A DNA stretch of 43,538 bases from Spirochaetales bacterium (GTDB lineage Bacteria > Spirochaetota > Spirochaetia > JABEVK01): assembly GCA_037142615.1 (NCBI GenBank), contig JBAXAI010000031.1, positions 1-43,538 on the forward strand, written 5' to 3'. Positions 10,989 to 23,173 of the stretch are shown piece after piece; position 1 is the first letter of the stretch; every line of letters begins with the position of its first letter. Position numbers and translations under genes: made by a program. The notes under the pieces are model-generated. The model did not search any database and was not told where the DNA came from. It saw only the letters and a program-made list of their open reading frames with translations.

Positions 10989-11339
10989 TTATTCCTTGAG
11001 GAGATCGAGGATTTTCGCGATCTCGAAGGGCTTCTTCATGACGCCTTGGGCCCCTGCCTCGAGGGCCATCTGCACCAACGGGTCGCCGGGATAGGCCGTC
11101 AAAACATAGACCCGCGAACCAGGGCGTCCCACCAGAATATCGCGTACGACCTCGGCACCGTTATGCCCCGGCATGCGGATATCGACCAGGATGAGGTCGA
11201 AGGCAGAAGCCAGGGCGATGGGGGCGCTCTGCAGGCTGTCGCTGCAAGTCAAGACCTCATACCCGAGATCGGTGAAGATCATTTCGAAAGACTCGAGGAC
11301 CAGTTCGTCATCGTCCACCAAAAGAATGCGCTTGCTCAT
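10989..11339 (-). CDS. Single-domain response regulator (REC)
   Basis: ILLVDDD, DLILVDIRMPGHNG, LTAY, KKPF. Confidence 0.92.
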   Translation of the reverse strand: MSKRILLVDDDELVLESFEMIFTDLGYEVLTCSDSLQSAPIALASAFDLILVDIRMPGHNGAEVVRDILVGRPGSRVYVLTAYPGDPLVQMALEAGAQGVMKKPFEIAKILDLLKE

Positions 11340-11391
11340 ACCCCAAGTCTAGGCTGTGGAACCGCAGGGAACAAGGAGGTATATTGGATGG

Positions 11392-14108
<2,717 letters not shown>

Positions 14109-14112
<4 letters not shown>

Positions 14113-15152
14113 GCGATACACCGGTAGCGGCCAACCGCGTTTTGGTCGTCGACGATATTGACGAAAACCTGAAGGTCCTCAGCGAGACCCTCATCCAGGC
14201 GGGGTTTCACCCCCTGCAGGCCAAGAGCGGCGAACGGGCCCTGCAAATCGCAGCCAAAGCGTTGCCCGACCTCATTTTGCTCGACATCCAAATGCCGGGC
14301 ATGGACGGCTTCGAAACCATCGCCAAGCTCAAGGCCGACCCTGCTACGGCGCCGATTCCCGTGATCTTCATCTCGGCGCTCAACCAGATCGAAGACAAGG
14401 TGAAAGGTTTCCAGTCGGGGGCCGTCGACTACGTGTCCAAGCCGTTCCAAAAAGAGGAAGTTCTGGCCCGGGTGGGCACGCACCTGAGGTTGCGCCAGGC
14501 GCTGACGGCCGTCGAGGTCGAAAGGCAGAAGAGCGACCGCCTGCTGCACGCCATGTTGCCCGACGCCATCGCGCTCGAGCTCAAGGAAACCGGGGCCAGC
14601 GCCCCGCGGCACTTTGCCGAGGCCAGCATCCTGTTTTCCGACCTCGTCAACTTCACCGAGCAGGCCGCCAAGCTCACGCCTTCCCAGCTGATCGATGAAC
14701 TCAACCCGATGGTGAGCGCCTTCGACGCGATCATGGAACAGCACGGCTGCGAGCGCATCAAAACCATCGGCGACGCGTACCTGGCCGCGTGCGGCATGCC
14801 CGTGCCCAAGGCCGACCACGCGCGCGCTCTGGTGTCGGCAGCGCTGGGCATGCTCGCCTGGGTTGAGGAACGCAACCGTACCCGGACGCTCAAGTGGCAG
14901 GTTCGCATCGGCATCCATTCCGGCGAGGTCGTCGCGGGCATCGTCGGCACCAGCCGCTACCTGTACGACGTCTTCGGCGACACGGTGAACACCGCCAGCC
15001 GCATGGAGGCGGCCAGCGAACCCATGAAGGTGAACATCTCTGCCGAAACCCGGGCGCTGCTGGGAACCGGAGCCGTCGTCGAAGCCCGAGGTCCGCTGCC
15101 GGTGAAGGGCAAGAACAACCTCGAAATGTTCTTCGTCACGCGCTTGACTTAA
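14109..15152 (+). CDS. Response regulator-adenylate cyclase (REC + class III cyclase)
   Basis: REC (LLDIQMP); LFSDLVNFT, IKTIGDAY, YDVFGDTVNTASRME; Lys/Asp specificity residues indicate ATP; ATGA overlap with the kinase. Confidence 0.92.
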
Positions 15153-15179
15153 CTATTATTACCCGGGTATAATTAACCC
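15144..15179 (+). promoter_or_regulatory. Sigma70-type promoter with a palindrome, directly before the DUF2239 start
   Basis: TTGACT (15144-49) - 18 bp - TATAAT (15168-73) - 6 nt - ATG; palindrome TACCCGGGTA at 15160-15169. Confidence 0.75.
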
Positions 15180-15686
15180 ATGGAAGCCAACTACATCGCT
15201 TTTGTGGGGTCACTCTTGGTCGCCACCGGCTCACTCGACGCCGTCCGCGAGGCCACCCGCCCTTGGGCCGACAACGCCACGGGCCCCCTGCTGATCTTCA
15301 ACCTCACCGATGGCGAGCAGACCGATCTCGACTGGCGGCCCGTTTCTGCCACCACCGAAAAAAAACCCGGCCCGGGACGCCCCAAGCTGGGGGTGGTCAG
15401 CGCGGAAGTGACACTGCTCCCCCGTCACTGGGCCTGGCTGACCGCTCAGCCATCGGGTGCGTCGGGAACCCTGCGCCGCCTGGTCGACGACGCCCTGGCC
15501 CGCGCCGCCACCGATCCCGTGCAGCGGCTGCGGGTTCTGGCCAAGGTTCTGGCCCCGGTTGCGGGCAACGAGCCGGGCTTCGAAGAGGCGATTCGGGCCT
15601 TGTACGCCGGCGATCGCGCCCGTTTGGAACGCGAGGCTGCGCGCTGGTCAGGTGATTTGCCCGCCTTCGTGGGGTCGTGGTCGTGA
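15180..15686 (+). CDS. DUF2239 family protein
   Basis: GPGRPKLGVVSAEVTLLPRHWAWL..QPSGASGTLRRLVD, GFEEAIRALY. Confidence 0.88.
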   Translation: MEANYIAFVGSLLVATGSLDAVREATRPWADNATGPLLIFNLTDGEQTDLDWRPVSATTEKKPGPGRPKLGVVSAEVTLLPRHWAWLTAQPSGASGTLRRLVDDALARAATDPVQRLRVLAKVLAPVAGNEPGFEEAIRALYAGDRARLEREAARWSGDLPAFVGSWS

Positions 15687-15765
15687 AGACCTCGAAGCGC
15701 TGCTCGACCTCTGCGCCGAAGCCTACCCGGGCGCCGTCAGACTGTAGCCGCCCTGCGGCAGGACC

Positions 15766-17970
15766 CTAGCTCCGGACTTTGAACTGGCTTGCCTCGTGGG
15801 CCAACTCATCGACGCTGGCCTTGTTGCTGTTGCCCTGTTCGCTGATTGCGGCCAGAGCCTGGTTGATGTCGTTGGTGCCCAGGGAAATCTCGTCCATCCC
15901 GTGACGGATCTCCTGGGTCACACGGTGCAGGGTCTCCATCTTGAACAGCATCGCAATGGCCTCATCGTTCATCGCCCCCGAGTGGGTGCTCAGCTCCTGG
16001 CTGGCCTCGCGGATGTCGTTGATGCCTTCGAGAATCTGGCGGCTGCCCACCTGCTGTTCGCTCATGGCCGAGCGCACCTCCGACTCGAGCGCCTCGACCT
16101 GCCCAATCTCTTCGAGAATGCGGCCAAAGGCGCCTTCGGTGGCATCGGCATCGGCCACCAGAGCACGGATCGTCGACTGAATGGTCTTGAGCTCTTTGGC
16201 GGTGCTGGTGGACTGCTGGCTGGCCTGCTCGGCCAATTTGCGGATCTCATCGGCGACCACCGCGAAGCCCCGGCCGGCTTCGCCCGCGTGGGCTGCTTCG
16301 ATGGCGGCATTCATGGCCAGCAGGTTGGTCTGGCTGGCAATGCCCGAAATCACCTGATTGGTCTCTTGCAGGTTTTCAGACTGACCATCGACCGCCTTCA
16401 CCTTTTCGCGGAACGAGCTGAACTGGCTTCGCCCAGCCTCGGCGGCATCCACCAGGCGCTTAAGACTGTGGTCGAGGGTTTCGACATTGCGCGTCACCGA
16501 CTCGATGTTGCCCACCATCTGCTCGACGGCGCTGGCCGAACTCTCAACGGCCTGATCCTGACGCCCGACGAGGCCCTGTAGCGTGGCGACGTGCCCAGAA
16601 ATGGTGGTGACCGCCGCCGAGGTGTCGGCTGCCAATCCATCCTGCTGCACCACCAAACCCTTCGCCGAGCTCACGTTCGAGGTGATCTCGTGCAGCGATG
16701 ACGCGGTTTCGGTCAGCGAATTGGCCAAGTGGTTGCCCGACACCTGCAAGGTTCCAGTGGTGGCCTGCATAACGCGGATCATGCCCGAAAGCTTGTCGAC
16801 AAACGCATCGTAGTTGCGCGACAGTTCGCCGATCTCGTCGGTGCGCTTCAGGCCCAACCGCTGGGTCAGATCGCCCTCGCCGACCGCGATTGTCGCGAGG
16901 ATCGATGCGACCTGCCTCACGGGCTGGGTGACCCGGTAGATGACGAAGTACAGCATGAGTGCGATGGCCAGCAGGGTGATGGCCCCGAGGATGCCGGCAA
17001 TCGTGCCGATCGTGTTGCCCTGGCCGAGCAATTGACCCAGCGGCGCCACTGCGGCGAGGCTCCAAGGCTTGTCCCATTGGCCGACTCCCAAGGGAGCGTA
17101 GGTCTGCAGCGAAACCTCACCTGTGGAGGGGTTGGTCGTCGTCAGCGAGAATTCTTTTCCACCGGCGATGGCCTTGAGGAGTTCCTCCCGCTGAGCCGGC
17201 ACGTCCTCGCCGACCTGTTTGCCCACCAGTTCGGCCTTGGGGTGGATAACCCTGGCGCCGGAGTTCGTAGCGACCGTCACAAAGCCGGTTTCGAGCACTT
17301 TGATTCCCTTGGCGAACTCAGCCAAACCCACCAGGCTCATGTCGATGCCAACCACACCGACAAACTTGCCCTTCTCGTACATGGGTACCGAATAGCTGCA
17401 GATCAACAGGTTGTCCTTGCCGTCGCCAGTGTAGGAATACGTGTAGGGATCGACAAAGTATTCTTTGGCCGATTGGCGCGGAACCACGTAGTAGTCGCCG
17501 TCACCGGGTTTTTCGTAACTGAGGCAGGGCCCGACGACGATGGCGCCGGTGCCATCTCGGTACCAAGCGGGAATGTAGCGCCCGGTGTCATCTGAGCCGT
17601 CTTTGTTGACGTAGGCCTTGTCACGGCCGTCGAGCGCGTCGGGTTCCCATACCGTCCAGGTCGACAGAATGTCGGGATTGGCCTTGAGCTGAGCCTGCAA
17701 AATCTGGTCGAAGACGGCACGGTTGGTGACGCCCTGAGCCTTGAGCGTCTCGAAGGTTCGGGCGTTGGCGCGGGCCACTGCGATCATCGGCCCCAGGTGC
17801 GACCCGAGGTCCTGGGCGTAGCGGTTGGCGACTTCGCGGTTTTGCTCATAGGCCGACTTCTGCAGATCGGACTGCACCAGCAAGACAATCGTCGACACGA
17901 TGGCCGACTGCCCCACCAGCAACAGCAACAAGACAGGAATGAGTATCCGTGACCGAAGTGACAGGCGCAT
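15766..17970 (-). CDS. Methyl-accepting chemotaxis protein (dCache-HAMP-MA)
   Basis: TM - Cache (WYR, DYY, DPY, GVVGID) - TM - HAMP - [35 protein letters not shown]; start may be 17997. Confidence 0.93.
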   Translation of the reverse strand: MRLSLRSRILIPVLLLLLVGQSAIVSTIVLLVQSDLQKSAYEQNREVANRYAQDLGSHLGPMIAVARANARTFETLKAQGVTNRAVFDQILQAQLKANPDILSTWTVWEPDALDGRDKAYVNKDGSDDTGRYIPAWYRDGTGAIVVGPCLSYEKPGDGDYYVVPRQSAKEYFVDPYTYSYTGDGKDNLLICSYSVPMYEKGKFVGVVGIDMSLVGLAEFAKGIKVLETGFVTVATNSGARVIHPKAELVGKQVGEDVPAQREELLKAIAGGKEFSLTTTNPSTGEVSLQTYAPLGVGQWDKPWSLAAVAPLGQLLGQGNTIGTIAGILGAITLLAIALMLYFVIYRVTQPVRQVASILATIAVGEGDLTQRLGLKRTDEIGELSRNYDAFVDKLSGMIRVMQATTGTLQVSGNHLANSLTETASSLHEITSNVSSAKGLVVQQDGLAADTSAAVTTISGHVATLQGLVGRQDQAVESSASAVEQMVGNIESVTRNVETLDHSLKRLVDAAEAGRSQFSSFREKVKAVDGQSENLQETNQVISGIASQTNLLAMNAAIEAAHAGEAGRGFAVVADEIRKLAEQASQQSTSTAKELKTIQSTIRALVADADATEGAFGRILEEIGQVEALESEVRSAMSEQQVGSRQILEGINDIREASQELSTHSGAMNDEAIAMLFKMETLHRVTQEIRHGMDEISLGTNDINQALAAISEQGNSNKASVDELAHEASQFKVRS

Positions 17971-18061
17971 GGCTGAGTTCCCCCACTGGCTTTGCATTCT
18001 AGGTTACCCGACGAAAGAAAACAAACTTTCCGAAATGCGGTATCAGGGTTAAGATGGGTTT

Positions 18062-20254
18062 ATGAAACTCCGAGCCAAGCTTTTTTTTGCCGGTGTGGTA
18101 CCCGCGCTTTTCACTTTGCTGCTCATCTTGGGCGTGGTTTATTCCCAGTCCCTGGCCTACGCCCGGAGCAACGCCGAGACCTTGGCGATCTCGCTCACCA
18201 AAGCCAACGGCCACATCGCGCAGAACATGATGGAACGGGCCGCCGAACTGGAGCGGTCACTGGCTCAGGTGGTGATCGACCGCAACTCGCTGATCCCCAA
18301 GGCCCAGCAGGCGGCGGCCATCGCCGCGCTGTACCGCAAGGCGCTGGAGCGCTCGGCGTGGATGTTCGGCGTGTGGCTCGTGCTCGAAAAGGGCAACGTG
18401 GCCCCCCAGGGCAGCGCGACCAAGAACCTGTTTGATCCCAAGGACCATTACTCGTTCTGGTGGCTGCGCCAGGGCAACGACATTTTGCTCGACAGCGGCA
18501 GCGACAACGGGACCGGCGATACCGGCGACTATTACAACCTCCCGCGCGACACGGGCAAAATGACGCTGATCAACCCCACCGAATATCCGCTGGCCAACGG
18601 GAACAAGGTGTTCAACGCTTCGTTATGCTACCCGATCTTCGACGGCAAAACCTTCCTCGGCGTCGTTGGCATTGACTTTGGAATGGATGGCCTTCAAAAG
18701 CTGACTTCGGGAGTTCATGAGTTTCGCAACGATTACTCCTTCATCATCGCCAACAACGGTACCCTTTCGGCGCATCCCCGGGCCGACGTCATCGGCAAAA
18801 AGTACGCCGACGTGCTGCCGGCACTCGAAGCCAAGTACAGCGTCACCGAGAAGATCCGTAAGGGTGAGCCCGTGCTGTACTACGACAAGTCGCTGAAGAC
18901 CGGGGTAGAATCGCTGGTCGTGATGCAGCCGTTCCGGGTCGAGGGCGTCGATCAGGCGTGGACCTTCGGCATGACCATTCCGCTGGTCGAAATCATGGAA
19001 CTTTCCAACCAGGTGCTGCTGACGCTGGTGGTATCCGTCCTCGCGGGACTGCTGCTGATCAGCATCACCACGTTCTTTTTGTCGAGCATGGTCACCCGTC
19101 CTGTGATCCGGTTGGCGCGTTCGCTTGCACAGATCGCGGATGGAAAGGGTGACCTCACGGTACGCCTCGCTACGACCTCGAAGGACGAGCTGGGCGACAT
19201 GGCGCGCAGTTTCAACGCGTTTGGCGACTCGCTGGGCCAACTTGTCCGCCGCATCAAGTTGCGCACAACAGACCTAAGGCACTCCGGCGACATTCTGATC
19301 GAGGCCATGGACACCACCACCGCCATCGTCGGCAGCCTCTTGGGGCGCGTGGGCGAAGTCAGCGGCTCGATCGACCAGCAGGAAGGCTCGTTTGGCCGCG
19401 TCGAAGAAACCACGCAGGCCCTTTTTCGCGCACTGGAGCAATTGAAAGACATCGTCGGCGAGCAGGTTTCGGCCGTCAACCAGTCGTCGGCGTCGATCGA
19501 GCAGATGGTGTCGAATATCCAGTCGGTCAACGCCAACACCGACCGCATCGGCGAAACGATGGCACACCTGGTGCAGGCCGCCGAAAAGGGCCACGCGGTG
19601 GTGACTGACCTCAACCAGCAAATCGACGGCATCGCGCAGGACTCCGAACTGCTGTTGCAGACCAACAAGGTGATCGCTACCATCGCCAGTCAAACCAACC
19701 TGCTGGCCATGAACGCCGCCATCGAAGCAGCCCACGCGGGCGAAGCCGGGCGAGGGTTTGCCGTGGTCGCCGACGAGATCCGCAAACTGGCCGAAAGCGC
19801 CAGCCGACAGTCGAAGGAAACCGCCAAGCAGCTCAAGGCCGTGCGCAACCGCATCACGCTGGTCGTGCAGGAGAACTCCGAGCTCGAAGGCTCGTTCGGC
19901 GAGATCGAGGGTTACATCCAGCGGGCCGACCAGCTGGTGCAAGAAGTGCGGCAGGCGATGAACGAACAGTCCATCGGGTCGGGCCAGATCCTCGAGGCCA
20001 TCCAGCACATCCACGAAATCAGCGGTCAGGTGAGCACCTCGACCGGGAGTCTGGAAGAATCGGGCAACACCATGAAACAGGAACTGGACGCCTTGGTGGC
20101 CGAAAGTCAGAACATCCGGGGTGCCATGCACTCGATGTCCGAACAGGGAGCCGAAATCAGCGCCAAGGTCGACCAGGTGTCGCAGCTCAGCCGCTCGAAC
20201 CAAACCAGCGCCGGCGAAGTCGCCACCGAAGTCGGCAGCTTCAAGACCGAGTAG
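18062..20254 (+). CDS. Methyl-accepting chemotaxis protein (dCache-HAMP-MA)
   Basis: Same architecture as the divergent MCP, with an identical signalling-tip motif. Confidence 0.93.
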   Translation: MKLRAKLFFAGVVPALFTLLLILGVVYSQSLAYARSNAETLAISLTKANGHIAQNMMERAAELERSLAQVVIDRNSLIPKAQQAAAIAALYRKALERSAWMFGVWLVLEKGNVAPQGSATKNLFDPKDHYSFWWLRQGNDILLDSGSDNGTGDTGDYYNLPRDTGKMTLINPTEYPLANGNKVFNASLCYPIFDGKTFLGVVGIDFGMDGLQKLTSGVHEFRNDYSFIIANNGTLSAHPRADVIGKKYADVLPALEAKYSVTEKIRKGEPVLYYDKSLKTGVESLVVMQPFRVEGVDQAWTFGMTIPLVEIMELSNQVLLTLVVSVLAGLLLISITTFFLSSMVTRPVIRLARSLAQIADGKGDLTVRLATTSKDELGDMARSFNAFGDSLGQLVRRIKLRTTDLRHSGDILIEAMDTTTAIVGSLLGRVGEVSGSIDQQEGSFGRVEETTQALFRALEQLKDIVGEQVSAVNQSSASIEQMVSNIQSVNANTDRIGETMAHLVQAAEKGHAVVTDLNQQIDGIAQDSELLLQTNKVIATIASQTNLLAMNAAIEAAHAGEAGRGFAVVADEIRKLAESASRQSKETAKQLKAVRNRITLVVQENSELEGSFGEIEGYIQRADQLVQEVRQAMNEQSIGSGQILEAIQHIHEISGQVSTSTGSLEESGNTMKQELDALVAESQNIRGAMHSMSEQGAEISAKVDQVSQLSRSNQTSAGEVATEVGSFKTE

Positions 20255-20257
20255 GCG

Positions 20258-20590
20258 CTACAGCAGAAGAAAGCCGTTGGCCCAGAGCATGTAAAGGCCG
20301 GTGCCGGCGGCGATGCTGAGCAGGGCGTTCTTCTTCCACAGGTGCAGGCCCATCACCACCGCCAGACTCACCAGCTCGGGCAGTCCCCAAGGTTTGACGG
20401 TGTAGGCGACATCCTTGAGGCTGTAAATGGTCAGCAGCAGCAGAATCACGGCCGGCAGACTGCGCTTGGCCAAGTGCACAAACCGGTTGTCGGTCCACTT
20501 GGCGGGCAGCCAAAACGGCAAGAACCGCGTCAGGATGGTCGCCACGGCCAATACAGCGACGAACAACAGCATTTCGGGGGTGGGCCTCAC
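20258..20590 (-). CDS. azlD: AzlD-family branched-chain amino acid exporter, small subunit
   Basis: TILTRFLPF, LPAVILLLLTIYSLK, LHLWKKNALLSIAAGTGLYM; GTG 20590 overlaps the azlC stop; the longer ORF-track N-terminus is spurious. Confidence 0.85.
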   Translation of the reverse strand: MRPTPEMLLFVAVLAVATILTRFLPFWLPAKWTDNRFVHLAKRSLPAVILLLLTIYSLKDVAYTVKPWGLPELVSLAVVMGLHLWKKNALLSIAAGTGLYMLWANGFLLL

Positions 20591-21273
20591 CGGGGAACCT
20601 CCGGGTGCGCAACTTCCGGGTCGGGGAGCGAGAGCAGCCCCACACAGCTGATCGAGATCGATGCCAGCAGAAACACCTTGCCGGGCAAGAACGCCAGGCA
20701 GACCATCGCGGCCCCCACGGCGATTGCCAGGGGCAAGGGCTCCCAGCGCCGGCGAAGTTGTTCCACCAAAAGCACCGCGAACAGCGCCGTGAGTGCGAAC
20801 TCCAGGCCCTTGGTCGGCAGCGCCCAGGTTTGTCCCAACACGGCGCCCAACGTGCAACCGAGCACCCACCACGCTTGGTTGAGCGCGGTCACACCCAGCA
20901 CAAAACGCCGGTCGTCCTGCGGGTGCGGGCCGATGCCCGCCAACAAACTGAATGTCTCGTCGGTGAGCGCAAACGTGGCGTAGCCTTGGCGGAGGCGTCC
21001 CAGCGCGCGGTAGCGGTCGAGCAACGTCAAACCGTAGAACACATGCCGCAAATTGAGCAGAAACGTCGCCAGAAACGCGTCCAGAAGCCCGGCCCCCGAG
21101 GCCAGCAGACCGACCGCCAGGAACTGCCCCGAACCGGCGTAAATCACCAGGCCCATGAGCGAAGCCCACCACCAGGCCCAGCCCTGCGCCTGCAACAGCA
21201 CGCCAAAGGCCATACCGAGCGGCAGGTAGCCAAAAGCTACTGGCAGCGTGGTCCGAAAAATGTGGGTCTTCAT
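20587..21273 (-). CDS. azlC: AzlC-family branched-chain amino acid exporter, large subunit
   Basis: TLPVAFGYLPLGMAFG, IYAGSGQF, LNLRHVFYG, LTDETFS. Confidence 0.9.
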   Translation of the reverse strand: MKTHIFRTTLPVAFGYLPLGMAFGVLLQAQGWAWWWASLMGLVIYAGSGQFLAVGLLASGAGLLDAFLATFLLNLRHVFYGLTLLDRYRALGRLRQGYATFALTDETFSLLAGIGPHPQDDRRFVLGVTALNQAWWVLGCTLGAVLGQTWALPTKGLEFALTALFAVLLVEQLRRRWEPLPLAIAVGAAMVCLAFLPGKVFLLASISISCVGLLSLPDPEVAHPEVPR

Positions 21274-21274
21274 C

Positions 21275-23113
21275 TCAGTACGGCAAGTAGGTCGTGGTGG
21301 CAAAAGGCGTTACCGGCTTGGTCACCATGTAGTAGCGGTTGCTCGAGTTCCACAAAAGGAACCCGCTGGCCTTGCTCTTGTCGACACCGGTCAGTTGGCG
21401 GTCCACATAGTTGCTGATGGTCTGGTCGTCGAACTTCAGCTCGCCCCCGATGAGGAAGGTCTGCACCCAGGGGCGCACGTGCACCTGCCGGTTGGTGTTC
21501 ATCCAGGTGCGGTCGCTGCCGTCCTGATAGATGATTTGGGCACGGTCGAGGTAGCTGTATTTGGGCAAGAAGGACCGGAAGAAGTGCGACGGGTAGAACA
21601 TCGGGCTGATGGCATCGACATACTTGGCCAGCATGGGCAAGTTCTGCCCCAAATGGTCGGTGATGAAGTAGCCGTTGTAGCCATAAATATCGACGCTCAA
21701 AGGAATACTGAGCGCCTCGCGGGCCCCTTTCAAAAAGCCCTCGAGGGCGTCGATGCGGTTCATGCCGGGCACCTTGGCACGGTTGACGATGCGGTTCACC
21801 GGCCCGTCCGAAGGGAAGCGGATGTAGTCGAACTGGATTTCGTCGACCCCGAGGGTTTGCAATTCCTTGGCCAGCGCGATGTTGTAGGCCCACACGTCCT
21901 GGTTGTAGGTATCGACCCAGAACTCCTTTTGCACCTGGCTGGTGGTCCCATCGGCGGCGGTCTCGGTGATCACGTCGCCCCACGGCTTCTTGGTCGCGCT
22001 GTCGTACAGGGCGTACTGGTAGTTGTTGTACTTGTACAGGCGGTTGTCTTTGAACACCACGACGCGGGCGATGAGGTAAAAGCCCCGCTCGTGCACCTTC
22101 TTGATCAGGTCGGGGGCGTTGAACACGGGCTTGGCCAGTTTGGCCGTGATGGCGAACGGAACCTTGCTGTCGTAGTTGATTTCGCCAAAGTCGTTCTTGA
22201 AGTCGATGACGATGGCGTTCAGCCCGTTCTTGGCCATGAAGTCGAGGTGGCCCTTGAGCAACTCGGGCCGCGCTGCCTGGTAGGCGCTGACGTAAAAGCC
22301 CAGCTTGTCCTTGGACTTTTCCATGCGCTCGCGTTTGCCGGCGTCCCACACGGGCACATCGGTGCGGTCCTCGAGCTTGGTCCACTTGTCGGGGACGACC
22401 TCGTAGCGCCACCACGCGGTTCGGGTGCGAACTTCGACGATTTCGGCGCCGTTCTCGACGTGGCTGGCGAGGGCTTCGGGCAGGTCGAGGTAGCTTCCGC
22501 CAGGGAAGGCCCACAGGGTTTTTTTGGCCGTGACGGTGTCGAGTTGCCACAGGTGGCCGCCTTCTTTGCCCGCAAAGGCCCACAGTTGGCCCGGCGTTTT
22601 GGCCGACCATGCGACGGTGTGGATCGGCTCGCGGGCACCGTCGTCGTACTTGTATGCCGTCTCGAAGTCGTCAAAGACCTTCCACGTTTTGGCGTTGTCG
22701 GTGCTGACAAACAGCCCGTGGAACGTCGTCCCGGCGGCCCAGGTGCCGGGCGTCAGCGGGTTACCGGCCAGGGCAGAAAGGTTGGCGCCGGGCTTGAAGG
22801 CCTCGCGGTCGAGCACCTTGGCCCACGAACGGCCCTTGTCGGTGCTGACAAACCCCTCGTAGGGCGTCGTGATCGTCCACAGGGTGTCGGACGGGGCGGC
22901 GAAACTCGTCAGCGGGCGCTGCACTGCGGTCGGATCGGCGCCAAGCACGCGAAGAGGAAAGCCCGCCGACAGCGCAACTTCGTAGCCGGGAACCTCCAGG
23001 GTGGAGTTTCGGTTGAGGTGCGCGCCTTGATCGAGCACGCGGGTTGGGGTGGCACTCAAGGCACCTGCAAGCAGAAGGCAGAGGACGGGGGCGGTCAGGA
23101 GGGGTCGTTTCAC
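21275..23113 (-). CDS. Exported putative glycoside hydrolase (DUF4015-type TIM barrel) with N-terminal Asp-box/BNR repeats
   Basis: Signal peptide; Asp-boxes STDKGRSW and STDNAKTW; NAIVIDFK, IARVVVFKD, GVDEIQFDYIRFP, ISPMFYPSH. Confidence 0.82.
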   Translation of the reverse strand: MKRPLLTAPVLCLLLAGALSATPTRVLDQGAHLNRNSTLEVPGYEVALSAGFPLRVLGADPTAVQRPLTSFAAPSDTLWTITTPYEGFVSTDKGRSWAKVLDREAFKPGANLSALAGNPLTPGTWAAGTTFHGLFVSTDNAKTWKVFDDFETAYKYDDGAREPIHTVAWSAKTPGQLWAFAGKEGGHLWQLDTVTAKKTLWAFPGGSYLDLPEALASHVENGAEIVEVRTRTAWWRYEVVPDKWTKLEDRTDVPVWDAGKRERMEKSKDKLGFYVSAYQAARPELLKGHLDFMAKNGLNAIVIDFKNDFGEINYDSKVPFAITAKLAKPVFNAPDLIKKVHERGFYLIARVVVFKDNRLYKYNNYQYALYDSATKKPWGDVITETAADGTTSQVQKEFWVDTYNQDVWAYNIALAKELQTLGVDEIQFDYIRFPSDGPVNRIVNRAKVPGMNRIDALEGFLKGAREALSIPLSVDIYGYNGYFITDHLGQNLPMLAKYVDAISPMFYPSHFFRSFLPKYSYLDRAQIIYQDGSDRTWMNTNRQVHVRPWVQTFLIGGELKFDDQTISNYVDRQLTGVDKSKASGFLLWNSSNRYYMVTKPVTPFATTTYLPY

Positions 23114-23173
23114 GCCCACGAGAATAGCGCGGAACCCGCTTCACTGGGAAGCGGATTGGGCACAAAGTCAGAC

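Noticed and set aside
15683-15747. Short frame EDLEALLDLCAEAYPGAVRL after DUF2239, resembling a GNAT fragment
   Set aside because: Only about 20 codons with no in-frame start nearby; too short to support
16240-19795. Long imperfect inverted repeat (about 16240-16340 versus 19685-19795) suggesting an invertible segment
   Set aside because: It is the conserved signalling tip of two divergent MCP paralogues; no recombinase nearby
22695-22855. Direct repeat TTGTCGGTGCTGACAAAC occurring twice, as a possible CRISPR or regulatory repeat
   Set aside because: Only two copies, both encoding the FVSTD Asp-box inside the hydrolase; no cas genes
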